DNA from: Nitrosospira sp.
GTDB taxonomy: Bacteria > Pseudomonadota > Gammaproteobacteria > Burkholderiales > Nitrosomonadaceae
Assembly: GCA_040006595.1 (NCBI GenBank)
Contig: JBDTWQ010000145.1
Coordinates: 1 to 33,896 of the forward strand
Reading direction: 5' to 3'
Length of the DNA stretch: 33,896 bases
Positions 1 to 8,925 of this stretch are shown here, in pieces; positions within the stretch are counted from its first letter, which is position 1, and each line of letters starts with the position of its first letter. The notes under the pieces are model-generated. The model had not been told where the DNA came from, searched no databases, and worked only from the letters and a program-made list of their open reading frames with translations. The position numbers were made by a program, and so were the translations under genes.

Positions 1-1
1 G

Positions 2-349
2 AAAGGTCATGGACAGGTAGTGCAAGAGTTGCTTGCCGCCAAAGCCAATGTGAATTCCAGCAGGGACGACGGTGTTACGGTATTGATGCAGGCGTCGCAG
101 GAGGGGCATAGGCAGATAGTACAGATGCTGCTCACCGCCAAGGCCGATGTAAATGCCAGGCTGGGTAATGGCGCGACCGCATTAATGCTGGCATCGCAGA
201 TGGGCCACACAGAGATAATTCAAACACTACTCGCCGCCAACGCTGATGTGAATGCCAAAGCCGGGAATGGTGCTACAGCGTTGATGCTGGCATCGAAGTA
301 TCGTCGCCAGGACGTCGTAAAGCTCCTGAAGGAGGCGGGTGCCAAATAG
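2..349 (+). CDS. Ankyrin repeat protein, C-terminal part (5' end outside the window)
   Basis: Frame is open from position 2 to TAG at 347-349. Repeated 33-aa ankyrin units: G-x-T-[AV]-L-M-x-A-S-x-x-G-H...LL-x-A-x-A-[DN]-V-N. Confidence 0.93.
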   Translation, partial: KGHGQVVQELLAAKANVNSSRDDGVTVLMQASQEGHRQIVQMLLTAKADVNARLGNGATALMLASQMGHTEIIQTLLAANADVNAKAGNGATALMLASKYRRQDVVKLLKEAGAK

Positions 350-435
350 TAAGGCGGCACCCTTTAGTCATCGCACCGTGACGGTCGTGCCCCCAAATGG
401 GGCCTGATGCGTTACATCAGGGTGATGCATGCTTA

Positions 436-1710
436 TTACGAGGTCCAGGAAAGATAATATTGTTCCGGAAAGGGCCCATCCTTGTAGTCGATAGCTGCTT
501 TTGCCTTGATATCCTGCCTGATCAGCACTTGACGCACCATCTCGGGAATCATGACCATGCCCACATAGCGTCCTAGACATTCATGACTACCGAAACCGAA
601 ATGAAAATAATTATACCAATTGCGTTGCGGGATAAATTCATCCGGTGAGTCAAACGCCCGTTCATCAAAGGTCGCCGACATGGTGACCGGCAAGACATAG
701 GTACCCGCACGCAGGACAGTTTCGTATTCGGTGCCTTTGGCTACCGTATAATCACTTGCTGTCGTGCGAAACAAATAGGGGGTGATGGGCACAAAGCGCA
801 ACGCCTCCCAAACGATGCCATCGAATTCATCAGGCTTATCCTGCTGAGCAGCGGTATTTGCTTCCGCAAGCCATTCCGGACGGTCCAGAAGATACTGGAC
901 GACCTGGGCAACTGCTTGCGAAGTGGTTTCAATTGCGCCAATCAAAAGACCGCCGGCATTAATTCCCAAGCGCTTGATGTCAAAATCCAATTGCTTCGGG
1001 TAATCCGTTCGCAGCATTCTTGTTACGATATCGTCGTCCAGCCGCACGATGGTTGAATGCACTATTTCCTCGGCTTTTACTTGCAAAGTACGGCGAGCAA
1101 TAAGCTCGACTATGAATTGACCGAGTTTTTTGGAAGTTTCGTTGTGACGATCAACAATGTATTGATATTTTTCTTGTGGCAACAAGTCGAAAGGCTGATT
1201 ATGGAAAGTGTCATATTGGTTCCAGTAGGACCACTCAATTAAATCACTTCGTTTGGCTCCGGTAAGCCCGAAATACTCTCGTACCAGGGTCGCGGGCACC
1301 ATGCGGCAGTAACTGTTGACTATTTCAATGTTGCCGTTGGCGGTGTCGAGTATATCCTTGGAGACGTTCGCCACCATGGTACGAACCGCCGGTAGGTCAT
1401 CACGATTCAGCATGCATTGCATCAGCGATTTCTCGCGCGTATGCAGCGCGTCGTCGTCATGCATCATAAGGTAATCACCCATTTTTGGAGCATAGGGTTC
1501 AACCGTAAACACCTTGGGCATGTGCAGCACTTCCCTGACGTCGTCGAAGCGCGTGACCAAGGTAAATTTTGGTGTCACCAGAATGGGGCGCTTTTCACGC
1601 AACTCTTTAAAAAACGGCAGAGGCTCTGTATCAATCCAGCGGCGCACCAATGGAGATTTATCTGCATCGGCAGCGGCATCATATTTCTCCAGGTAATGAC
1701 TTGTGCTCAT
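436..1710 (-). CDS. Cytochrome P450 (soluble, 424 aa)
   Basis: Heme-thiolate motif FHFGFGSHECLG (Cys378), K-helix WEALRF (ExxR), I-helix GLLIGAIETT. AAGGAG SD upstream of the ATG. Confidence 0.95.
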   Translation of the reverse strand: MSTSHYLEKYDAAADADKSPLVRRWIDTEPLPFFKELREKRPILVTPKFTLVTRFDDVREVLHMPKVFTVEPYAPKMGDYLMMHDDDALHTREKSLMQCMLNRDDLPAVRTMVANVSKDILDTANGNIEIVNSYCRMVPATLVREYFGLTGAKRSDLIEWSYWNQYDTFHNQPFDLLPQEKYQYIVDRHNETSKKLGQFIVELIARRTLQVKAEEIVHSTIVRLDDDIVTRMLRTDYPKQLDFDIKRLGINAGGLLIGAIETTSQAVAQVVQYLLDRPEWLAEANTAAQQDKPDEFDGIVWEALRFVPITPYLFRTTASDYTVAKGTEYETVLRAGTYVLPVTMSATFDERAFDSPDEFIPQRNWYNYFHFGFGSHECLGRYVGMVMIPEMVRQVLIRQDIKAKAAIDYKDGPFPEQYYLSWTS

Positions 1711-1758
1711 CGGTAGCTCCTTTGTTAGAGTTTTAAATAATGATGTGTGAGGTTCAAC

Positions 1759-3936
1759 TCACAATGTTTTCAAGTATTCCAGCAAGTCGAACCGATCCTG
1801 CCTGGACATGGGGCCCAGGCATTTTTCTTTGATAGATGCATCCAGATCGGTATCCTTAATCTGCTCGTTTGCACAGAGTTCCCGGATTTTTGGGTCTACA
1901 CGCCCGTCAGCTTCGTTAGCCACGCGTCTGGCTCCATACTCGTGCCCTGCATTGCTGTTTCCCTTGGTATATCCTCCCATATCATCCTTAATACCCTTCG
2001 TGCTGAAGATGAAGCCTCCGTAACCACTGCTTTTCAAGCCAACCTTGATCGGGTCGAATTCGCGCGACCCCACTTCAAACTCGTCAGGCCGGTATTCGCC
2101 GTCTTCCGGATCTCCCGGACGTTTCTTGGGAAGCAACAAATCGTAGAGGGTGGGCACCGAGCCATTATGCAGATAAGGCGCTGTCGCCCAGATCCCGTTC
2201 AAGGGGCGTGCCTTATATGCGCTCAGCGAAGCCACCGGATTGGCGGTCGTGTCCGGGTCATAGTCCCCCTGCTTCATGGATGCTTTGATCTGGTTGTCGC
2301 GAAACCCGGTTGCCAGGTTATAAGCCCACTCGGCCCAGCGTTGCAGGAACCACTTGTCCGGTTCTGGCGTCGCGACGACACCGACGGTCGCTTTTGTAAG
2401 CAGAGCCGCAACCGCCGCTTTGCGATCAAGCAGAACGTCACCCACACCCAAGTTCACGTACTGGTTACGCAGAATACCTGAAAAACCCTGGTAAGTTACT
2501 GCGTTGTGCGCCATCTGGGTATCGGTTCCGGCATCGCTGGCGCTCGACATATGTGCCACGACGCGGCGGTCCGGATCGTTGCGGACTATTCTTGCATGGC
2601 AGCTTACGCAATGTTTATTGAACAGAGATCTTCCGTTTGTCAGGCGTTTTTCATCGAAATGGCCAAGAATATCCTGGGGCCATTCCGGGGATTGCAAATT
2701 CCAGAGACGGGCTTCGATACGGCGCAAGTTCATGACATTCACCGAAGAGTCGAAGCTGATATGTTTGCCAAAGAGCCCCTGTCCCGTAATCAACGAGGGT
2801 AGCGAAAAACCGTCTCGTTCCGTCCAGTCAAGTGTGCCAAAAACTCCGATGGCCTCCCCCGCATTGCGGGCGATGGCCTTTAACCCGGCATTCTCGGTGA
2901 GCCCATTCCACTGTACATAGTCATGTTGCGGGGTGTCCCATAGGAATGGATAACTGACCGGCGCATTTGCGGGATTGAATATTTTTTTGCGTAGGGTTCC
3001 GAGCTCTTTTCCTCCCTTATCCTCAGTCAGTTGGGTAACGATATCTTGCGACAACTGATCACGCTGAGCACCGCTAAGGACGCTACTCGTTTTATCTGTC
3101 ATTGATTTCAGCTGTGCTTCGGTCAGGGCTCGATCTCCCATTATCCTTGGGTCCCGCAGCAGTTCATTAAGCTCTTTTACACTTATGATGTGTTCCAGCA
3201 CCCGATTGTATATGCGCCCGAAAGCGTCCAACCGTCCATAGCCATAGTGGGTCGTACTGTAATTGATCGTTATGTAATTCGCTAGGCGCTTTTCATATCC
3301 GTCAAGGTCGGCAAGTACTTCGGCTTCTGTTTTATACCTACCTTTGGCCAATACATTCTGAACAAAACGCTTTTTAACCTCATCATCGTTCTGGGTGATC
3401 CGTAGCGCCTTGACCAGGTCTCTCATGAAACCTTCCATATCAGCGATTGCCGGTCCGCCGTCAATGCGTATGCCTTTGCCCTGATAGTTCAGTTGCGCGG
3501 TATGGCAGGCGGCGCATGTCACGCCAATGTAATCCTTGCCCTTATAGGTATCCTTGACAAAACCAACCGGTAGCCCATCGGGATTACTGGAAGTGGCTTT
3601 CTGCGGCAAGTACCGGTAAAAGTTCATGTTTTCATTGGATCGAAACGGTTCGGTCTTGCCTACCTGCTCCAATGTAAGAAAAAAATCGTAGGGCATCATG
3701 TTCGATCCCTGGGTGACCGTATAGAACCAGAGACTATCGGCGGGCGCCCAATTCTGAGGAAGATATTCGACTGTTGTGAAATGGTCGCCAAAAACATCCT
3801 GCTTGACTGTCGCAGCGCCGCGATCCGGATCGGTGTCGCGAAGTGCCGCACAGGCGGGCAAGAGTGCGATCATAAGAATTAAAAAGGGAATAAAAAATGT
3901 AAGCGGTATTTTCAGCGCGTTTGAAAACTGGTTCAT
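1759..3936 (-). CDS. Di-heme cytochrome c protein, RoxA/MauG/cytochrome c peroxidase-like, probable lipoprotein
   Basis: Two CxxCH motifs (CAACH at 3502-3516, CVSCH at 2596-2610), motif YKARPLNGIWATAPYLHNGSVPTL, C-terminal GNSNAGHEYG...LLEYLKTL. Hydrophobic N-terminus ending in LLPAC (Cys29). Confidence 0.85.
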   Translation of the reverse strand: MNQFSNALKIPLTFFIPFLILMIALLPACAALRDTDPDRGAATVKQDVFGDHFTTVEYLPQNWAPADSLWFYTVTQGSNMMPYDFFLTLEQVGKTEPFRSNENMNFYRYLPQKATSSNPDGLPVGFVKDTYKGKDYIGVTCAACHTAQLNYQGKGIRIDGGPAIADMEGFMRDLVKALRITQNDDEVKKRFVQNVLAKGRYKTEAEVLADLDGYEKRLANYITINYSTTHYGYGRLDAFGRIYNRVLEHIISVKELNELLRDPRIMGDRALTEAQLKSMTDKTSSVLSGAQRDQLSQDIVTQLTEDKGGKELGTLRKKIFNPANAPVSYPFLWDTPQHDYVQWNGLTENAGLKAIARNAGEAIGVFGTLDWTERDGFSLPSLITGQGLFGKHISFDSSVNVMNLRRIEARLWNLQSPEWPQDILGHFDEKRLTNGRSLFNKHCVSCHARIVRNDPDRRVVAHMSSASDAGTDTQMAHNAVTYQGFSGILRNQYVNLGVGDVLLDRKAAVAALLTKATVGVVATPEPDKWFLQRWAEWAYNLATGFRDNQIKASMKQGDYDPDTTANPVASLSAYKARPLNGIWATAPYLHNGSVPTLYDLLLPKKRPGDPEDGEYRPDEFEVGSREFDPIKVGLKSSGYGGFIFSTKGIKDDMGGYTKGNSNAGHEYGARRVANEADGRVDPKIRELCANEQIKDTDLDASIKEKCLGPMSRQDRFDLLEYLKTL

Positions 3937-4151
3937 AGTGCCCCCTTATGGCGAGTATGCAATTCTTATTAAAATTATTATAGTCGATTCCTGCTAAATA
4001 TCTGTCAGGCGGTATGCTCTCATCGAGAAGACAAGCTTCGTCTCGTCGCAAGTGTGTTTCGGGCTATAATTCACCAGTTGACACTAACCAAACCTTATAT
4101 CCGTTCGCGACTTTTATCATTACTACCGGCCGCGCCCGCAAAAACCATTTT

Positions 4152-6008
4152 ATGAATGTTTTTTACGAAGAGGAAGGTACCTTCAAAGTAGGCGCTGTCC
4201 TTGCCGACAATACGACTTCACTTCAAGTGGAGGCGCCCCATGGCAAGCGTGCCAAAATAAAAGCGGCTTCGGTACTGCTGCGGTTTGACGCACCTCCCCT
4301 ATCTGAATTTATGGATCTTGCGCAAAAAACGGCGGATGGCCTGGATCCGAATTTTCTTTGGGAGTGCTGCGAGAGCGAGGCCGAGTTTGCTAGCGACGTG
4401 CTGGCCGCAGATTACTTTGGTCACGTAGCCAGCCCCGAGGAAGCGGCGGCTGTGCTGATCCGATTGCATAGCGCACCGATGTATTTCTACAAAAAGGGCC
4501 GGGGACGTTACAAGGCGGCACCATCGAAAGCGCTTGAAGCGGCGCTTGCCAGTCACGAAAAAAAGCGTCGCCAGGCGGAACAGCAGATACGTTATGTGCA
4601 GTTACTGAACACGTTTACCCTGCCAGAAGAATTCAGGCCTTTGCTCGTCAATCTACTCTACCGGCCCGACAAGAGCACGGTCGAGTGGAAAGCACTCGAT
4701 GCCGCTTGCGCAGCAACCAAACTGAGCGTTCCCAGACTGCTGGAAAAGTGTGGTGCGATATCGTCTACGTGTGATTACCATATCAACCGATTCCTGTTAG
4801 AGCATTTTCCCGAAGGAACAGGCTTTGGCGCACTCGATACGAGCGACGGATTGCAAGACCCTATAGATTTACCCATAGCGAATGTAGCCGCCTTCAGTAT
4901 AGATGATGCCGCCACCACCGAAATTGACGATGCTTTTTCGATCACACCGCTGACTCTGGGCAGTTTTCGCATCGGTATCCATATTGCCGTTCCTACTTTG
5001 GGAATTACGCCGGGCTCTTTTCTGGACACGGTGGTGGCACAGCGTCTCTCTACCATATACCTTCCGGGGAAAAAAATCACGATGCTGCCGGAAGCCGTGA
5101 TACACCACTATACATTGGGCGAAGAGCGGTTATGCCCAGCGCTTTCAATGTATCTCGACGTGGCAGACGACTTTACCGTCATTGCCACGAACAGTCGTGT
5201 CGAAAGGGTGCAGGTTGCGGCTAATCTCAGGCACGACGCGCTGGAGGAGCACTTTAACGAAGATACCCTGGCTGCAGGAAATCTTGACTATCCTTTTGGC
5301 AAGGAGTTGGTGGCACTGTGGAATTTTGCCTGCAAGATGGAAGCGTTCCGCGGTAAGACCAACGATAGCAATAACGAGAAAATCGACTATAGCTTTAACG
5401 TCGAGAATGATCGCGTTACCATTAGCGAGCGCCGGCGGGGTTCACCGATTGATAAAGTCGTATCGGAGCTTATGATTTATGTTAATACTATATGGGGTAA
5501 GCAACTGGCTGACAGTGGTATCGCGGGCATCTATCGCAGCCAGGGTGGCGGCAAGGTCAGAATAAGCACTTCTCCCGCGCCGCATCAGGGTCTGGGCGTT
5601 TCACAATATGCCTGGATCAGTTCGCCAATGCGCCGCTATGTGGATTTCATTAATCAACGACAACTGGTTGCGCTGTTGCGCAGAGAAGTCCCGCCTTATA
5701 CCAGGGAAAGCGAAAGTCTACGGACGTCGATGCGCGATTTCGAAGCGGCTTATGAGGTTTACGCAGATTTTCAGCGCAGCATGGAGCGCTACTGGTGTCT
5801 GCGCTGGCTGCTGCAGGAAAATATCAATACAACTGGTGCGCAGGTAATCAAGGAGAACCTTGTGAAACTGGACCACCTTCCATTGGTGGCGAGGGTAGCC
5901 TCATTACCGGAAGTGCCGCCAGAAACGAATATTGAAGTGGAGATTTCTCAGGTTGATTTGCTGGAGCTCACTTTCAGCACAAAATTCCTGCGTAAACTGG
6001 AAGCATAA
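4152..6008 (+). CDS. RNB-domain exoribonuclease (RNase II/R family)
   Basis: Motifs SIDDAATTEIDDAFS, IGIHIA, and HQGLGVSQYAWISSPMRRYVD. Start placed at ATG 4152 (MNVFYEEEG, typical betaproteobacterial N-terminus) rather than 4014. Confidence 0.9.
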   Translation: MNVFYEEEGTFKVGAVLADNTTSLQVEAPHGKRAKIKAASVLLRFDAPPLSEFMDLAQKTADGLDPNFLWECCESEAEFASDVLAADYFGHVASPEEAAAVLIRLHSAPMYFYKKGRGRYKAAPSKALEAALASHEKKRRQAEQQIRYVQLLNTFTLPEEFRPLLVNLLYRPDKSTVEWKALDAACAATKLSVPRLLEKCGAISSTCDYHINRFLLEHFPEGTGFGALDTSDGLQDPIDLPIANVAAFSIDDAATTEIDDAFSITPLTLGSFRIGIHIAVPTLGITPGSFLDTVVAQRLSTIYLPGKKITMLPEAVIHHYTLGEERLCPALSMYLDVADDFTVIATNSRVERVQVAANLRHDALEEHFNEDTLAAGNLDYPFGKELVALWNFACKMEAFRGKTNDSNNEKIDYSFNVENDRVTISERRRGSPIDKVVSELMIYVNTIWGKQLADSGIAGIYRSQGGGKVRISTSPAPHQGLGVSQYAWISSPMRRYVDFINQRQLVALLRREVPPYTRESESLRTSMRDFEAAYEVYADFQRSMERYWCLRWLLQENINTTGAQVIKENLVKLDHLPLVARVASLPEVPPETNIEVEISQVDLLELTFSTKFLRKLEA

Positions 6009-6118
6009 AATTTGGTTGTCATCCGTGTGATGAGTACATCGTTGTTGTTTTACAATGCATGAGATTTATTCAGAGGTTCTAAACATTCTCCCGCTTAATT
6101 TTCATACGCTTTAGCACA

Positions 6119-7036
6119 TTGAGCGCCACTTCAAATATATCGGATTTTAATTCAGCCACATCCCGCGACTGGCTGTTAACTCCATCGTCACGTCTAAACG
6201 TGGCAATATTGATATCGGTGATTTTTCACGCGGTTGTGTTGTTTGGTATTACTTTCAAGCTTCCGCTTCCAAAAATAGACAACACCGCCGCATCATTGGA
6301 AGTGGTGCTGGTCAACAGTAAATCCGCGTCGAAACCGCGCAATGCGGATGCGCTGGCGCAGGCTAACCTCGACGGTGGCGGAAACACGGATAACAACCGC
6401 CGGGCCAAGGCGCCTTTTCCCCTCCCGAAGGAATATAAGCACGCAGACGAGGCAGCCACAGCTACGCAAAAAACGGACCAACTTGAACAGGAGGCAAAGA
6501 GCCTGATGACTGCGATCGATAGCGATCAAGCCACCTATCAGGCCAAGCCCCATTCGGAGCCATTCGAACAGAATCATAACGTTACGGATTCCACCGACCT
6601 GGTTCAGCGCGGTCTCGAAATCGCTCGCCTGGAAGCACAGACTGCCCGGGATTATGAGGCTTATCAAAAGCGTCCAAAAAGGAGATTCATCGGTGCCCGC
6701 ACACAGGAATATCGCTTTGCCCGTTATGTCGAAGACTGGCGTATCAAAGTGGAGCGGATCGGCAACCTGAATTATCCTGAAGCAGCGAGAAGGGAAAAAC
6801 GTTATGGTAACTTGCAGCTCACCGTTGGCATTAGGTCCGATGGTAGCCTGGAGTCGCTTGAAATAAACCGCTCATCAGGGGAAAAAATTCTGGATGAAGC
6901 GGCGATACGCATCGTTAAACTGGCGGGGCAAAATGGATTTTCTCCCTTTCCACCCGACATCAGTCGAGATACTGATGTCCTGCACATTACCCGTACCTGG
7001 GCATTTACTCGCTCGGACGAGCTGACGAGCCAATAA
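6119..7036 (+). CDS. TonB-family energy transducer (N-terminal TM helix, TonB C-terminal domain)
   Basis: TM segment ISVIFHAVVLFG with the SxxxH motif; C-terminal NYPEAARR...SSGEKILDEAAIRIV. Start codon (TTG) uncertain. Confidence 0.82.
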   Translation: MSATSNISDFNSATSRDWLLTPSSRLNVAILISVIFHAVVLFGITFKLPLPKIDNTAASLEVVLVNSKSASKPRNADALAQANLDGGGNTDNNRRAKAPFPLPKEYKHADEAATATQKTDQLEQEAKSLMTAIDSDQATYQAKPHSEPFEQNHNVTDSTDLVQRGLEIARLEAQTARDYEAYQKRPKRRFIGARTQEYRFARYVEDWRIKVERIGNLNYPEAARREKRYGNLQLTVGIRSDGSLESLEINRSSGEKILDEAAIRIVKLAGQNGFSPFPPDISRDTDVLHITRTWAFTRSDELTSQ

Positions 7037-7171
7037 TCAGGACCTTCTGGACGTGTCCTCTGTGGGAGCGTGTCGTGGGCAAGCTCGGGGACTATTCAGA
7101 GTTTTCTTAATGCAGATCCAGGTCGTATTGTTGCTTGACATTGCTGTACTACTTTATTAACCACTGCGCTT

Positions 7172-7990
7172 ATGGTTGATTTTTATGCCGTCATCGGCAA
7201 CCCCGTCGCTCACAGTAAATCACCGTTGATTCATGCTGAGTTTTCCCGTCAGACGGGCGAGAATATGCAATATGAAGCGATACTTGCACCGATGGATGCT
7301 TTTGCTGCAACGGTGGCAATTTTCCGGCAGCGTGGCGGTAAGGGTGTGAACGTGACGGTCCCGTTCAAGCTGGAAGCCTGTAAGATTTCGAGCCGTTTGA
7401 CTGAGCGAGCTGGTGCCGCCCAAGCTGTAAACACGCTCGTATTCAGTGCAAATGGAATTCTCGGCGATAACACTGATGGCGCGGGATTGGTTCGCGACAT
7501 CATGAGCAATCTGGAATTTTCCCTTACCGCAAAGCGGATATTGCTGATGGGTGCGGGCGGAGCGGCACGAGGTGTAGTGCTGCCACTACTGGAACACGAA
7601 CCGCGCGTCCTTGCAATCGCCAATCGTACCAAACAAAAAGCGCATGAATTACAACAACAATTTTCTTGTTACGGAAACATTGTATCCGGTGATTACACTG
7701 ACATTTGCGGAGAAAAATTTGATCTCATTATTAACGCCACTTCCGCCGGTCTGAATGGCAAGCTGCCGCCATTGCCCCCCGGTATTTTTGCTGTCGAATC
7801 GCTGGCCTATGACATGATGTATGGTGATGGACGCACCCCTTTTCTGCAATTCGCCAGGAAACAAGGCGCACAGCGTCTGGCTGATGGCATCGGTATGCTG
7901 GTGGAACAGGCAGCGGAATCATTTTTCCTTTGGCGGGGAATAAGGCCGAGAACGGATCCAGTGATTGAAATGCTGCGATCATATGCGTAG
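7172..7990 (+). CDS. aroE: Shikimate dehydrogenase
   Basis: GNPVAHSKSPLIH, NVTVPFK, NTDGAG, GAGGAARG, GMLVEQAA motifs. Confidence 0.97.
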   Translation: MVDFYAVIGNPVAHSKSPLIHAEFSRQTGENMQYEAILAPMDAFAATVAIFRQRGGKGVNVTVPFKLEACKISSRLTERAGAAQAVNTLVFSANGILGDNTDGAGLVRDIMSNLEFSLTAKRILLMGAGGAARGVVLPLLEHEPRVLAIANRTKQKAHELQQQFSCYGNIVSGDYTDICGEKFDLIINATSAGLNGKLPPLPPGIFAVESLAYDMMYGDGRTPFLQFARKQGAQRLADGIGMLVEQAAESFFLWRGIRPRTDPVIEMLRSYA

Positions 7991-8019
7991 AAGTCAAAAA
8001 GCGTGTATGTGAGAAACGC

Positions 8020-8718
8020 ATGGAGAAGTTTATCAAGCGCTGGCTCTGGCGCATTCTTTCGCTTTTTATTGGCATAATATTGGCTTATCAGATGTGGATT
8101 CTCGGCCATGTTGTGTTTTGGAACTTCTACGATCCTACCACCAGCGCGTTCATGCAGGCCCGATTAGATGTATTACGACAAAAAAATCCTGCTGCAGTAT
8201 TGCGTACAAAATGGGTACCGTACGAGCGAATTTCTCACAATCTGAAGCGAGCAATCATCGCTGCCGAGGATGGTAAGTTTCTGGAGCATGAAGGATTTGA
8301 TTTCGATGCTATCCAGAAAGCCTACGAAAAAAACCTGAAAAAGGGCAGGCTGGTTGCGGGTGGCTCAACCATCAGCCAGCAGCTTGCCAAAAATCTGTTC
8401 CTCTCCGACAAAAAAACACCATGGCGCAAAATCGAAGAAGCCATCATCACGCTGATGCTGGAAAATGTGATGTCCAAACGCCGCATTCTGGAAATCTATC
8501 TGAATGTGATTGAGTGGGGAAACGGAATCTTTGGTGCGGAGGCTGCCATGCGTTACTACTATGGAGTCTCTACTTCCTCCGTCACTGCGGAACAAGCCGC
8601 TCAACTCGCTGCCATGGTTCCCAACCCACGTTTTTACGATCGCAATCGCAATACACCGTGGTTATTGAGAAAAACTGATATCATTCTCAATCGAATGGCT
8701 TCGACACAGATTCCGTGA
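8020..8718 (+). CDS. mtgA: Monofunctional biosynthetic peptidoglycan transglycosylase
   Basis: GT51 motifs AAEDGKFLEHEGFD, GGSTISQQLAKNLFL, RKIEE, LEIYLN. Follows aroE as commonly seen in Betaproteobacteria. Confidence 0.95.
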   Translation: MEKFIKRWLWRILSLFIGIILAYQMWILGHVVFWNFYDPTTSAFMQARLDVLRQKNPAAVLRTKWVPYERISHNLKRAIIAAEDGKFLEHEGFDFDAIQKAYEKNLKKGRLVAGGSTISQQLAKNLFLSDKKTPWRKIEEAIITLMLENVMSKRRILEIYLNVIEWGNGIFGAEAAMRYYYGVSTSSVTAEQAAQLAAMVPNPRFYDRNRNTPWLLRKTDIILNRMASTQIP

Positions 8719-8836
8719 CTCGCCGGCAATTCAGCCCGGCAAGATGATGCACTCTTTCCGTTCCCCATCCTCCCTGTCATAATATTCGTCCCGCCTTCTG
8801 ATTTTCCCCATATACAGGCAAATCCTATCGCGTCAA

Positions 8837-8925
8837 TAGTGTAGTGCGTCAGAAATATCGGTATATGACAGCTTCAAATAATGAAACCAGGTAGGGCGTA
8901 GCGATCTTTCTGACGCACTACACTA
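8837..8925. mobile_element. MITE-like element with perfect 19-bp terminal inverted repeats, probably IS630-family derived
   Basis: 8837-8855 TAGTGTAGTGCGTCAGAAA is the exact reverse complement of 8907-8925 TTTCTGACGCACTACACTA. Pairing resumes (ATCG/CGAT) after one mismatch. TA at both ends. Confidence 0.7.

Noticed and set aside
1747-2481. 244-aa ORF on + strand (and other antisense ORFs such as 8874-9416, 9079-9684, 13333-13971, 15874-16404)
   Set aside because: They lie antisense or out of frame within well-supported genes and show no recognisable motifs; expected shadow ORFs.
4014-4151. N-terminal extensions in the ORF track (RNB 4014, lysA 11756, glyS 16063, glyQ 16971, M23 19976, argC 25477, rpsI 26222, LOG 33467)
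   Set aside because: Family N-termini, SD positions or stop-start overlaps support the downstream starts used above.
7135-7165. TTGACA upstream of aroE as a -35 box
   Set aside because: No acceptable -10 hexamer at 16-18 nt spacing.
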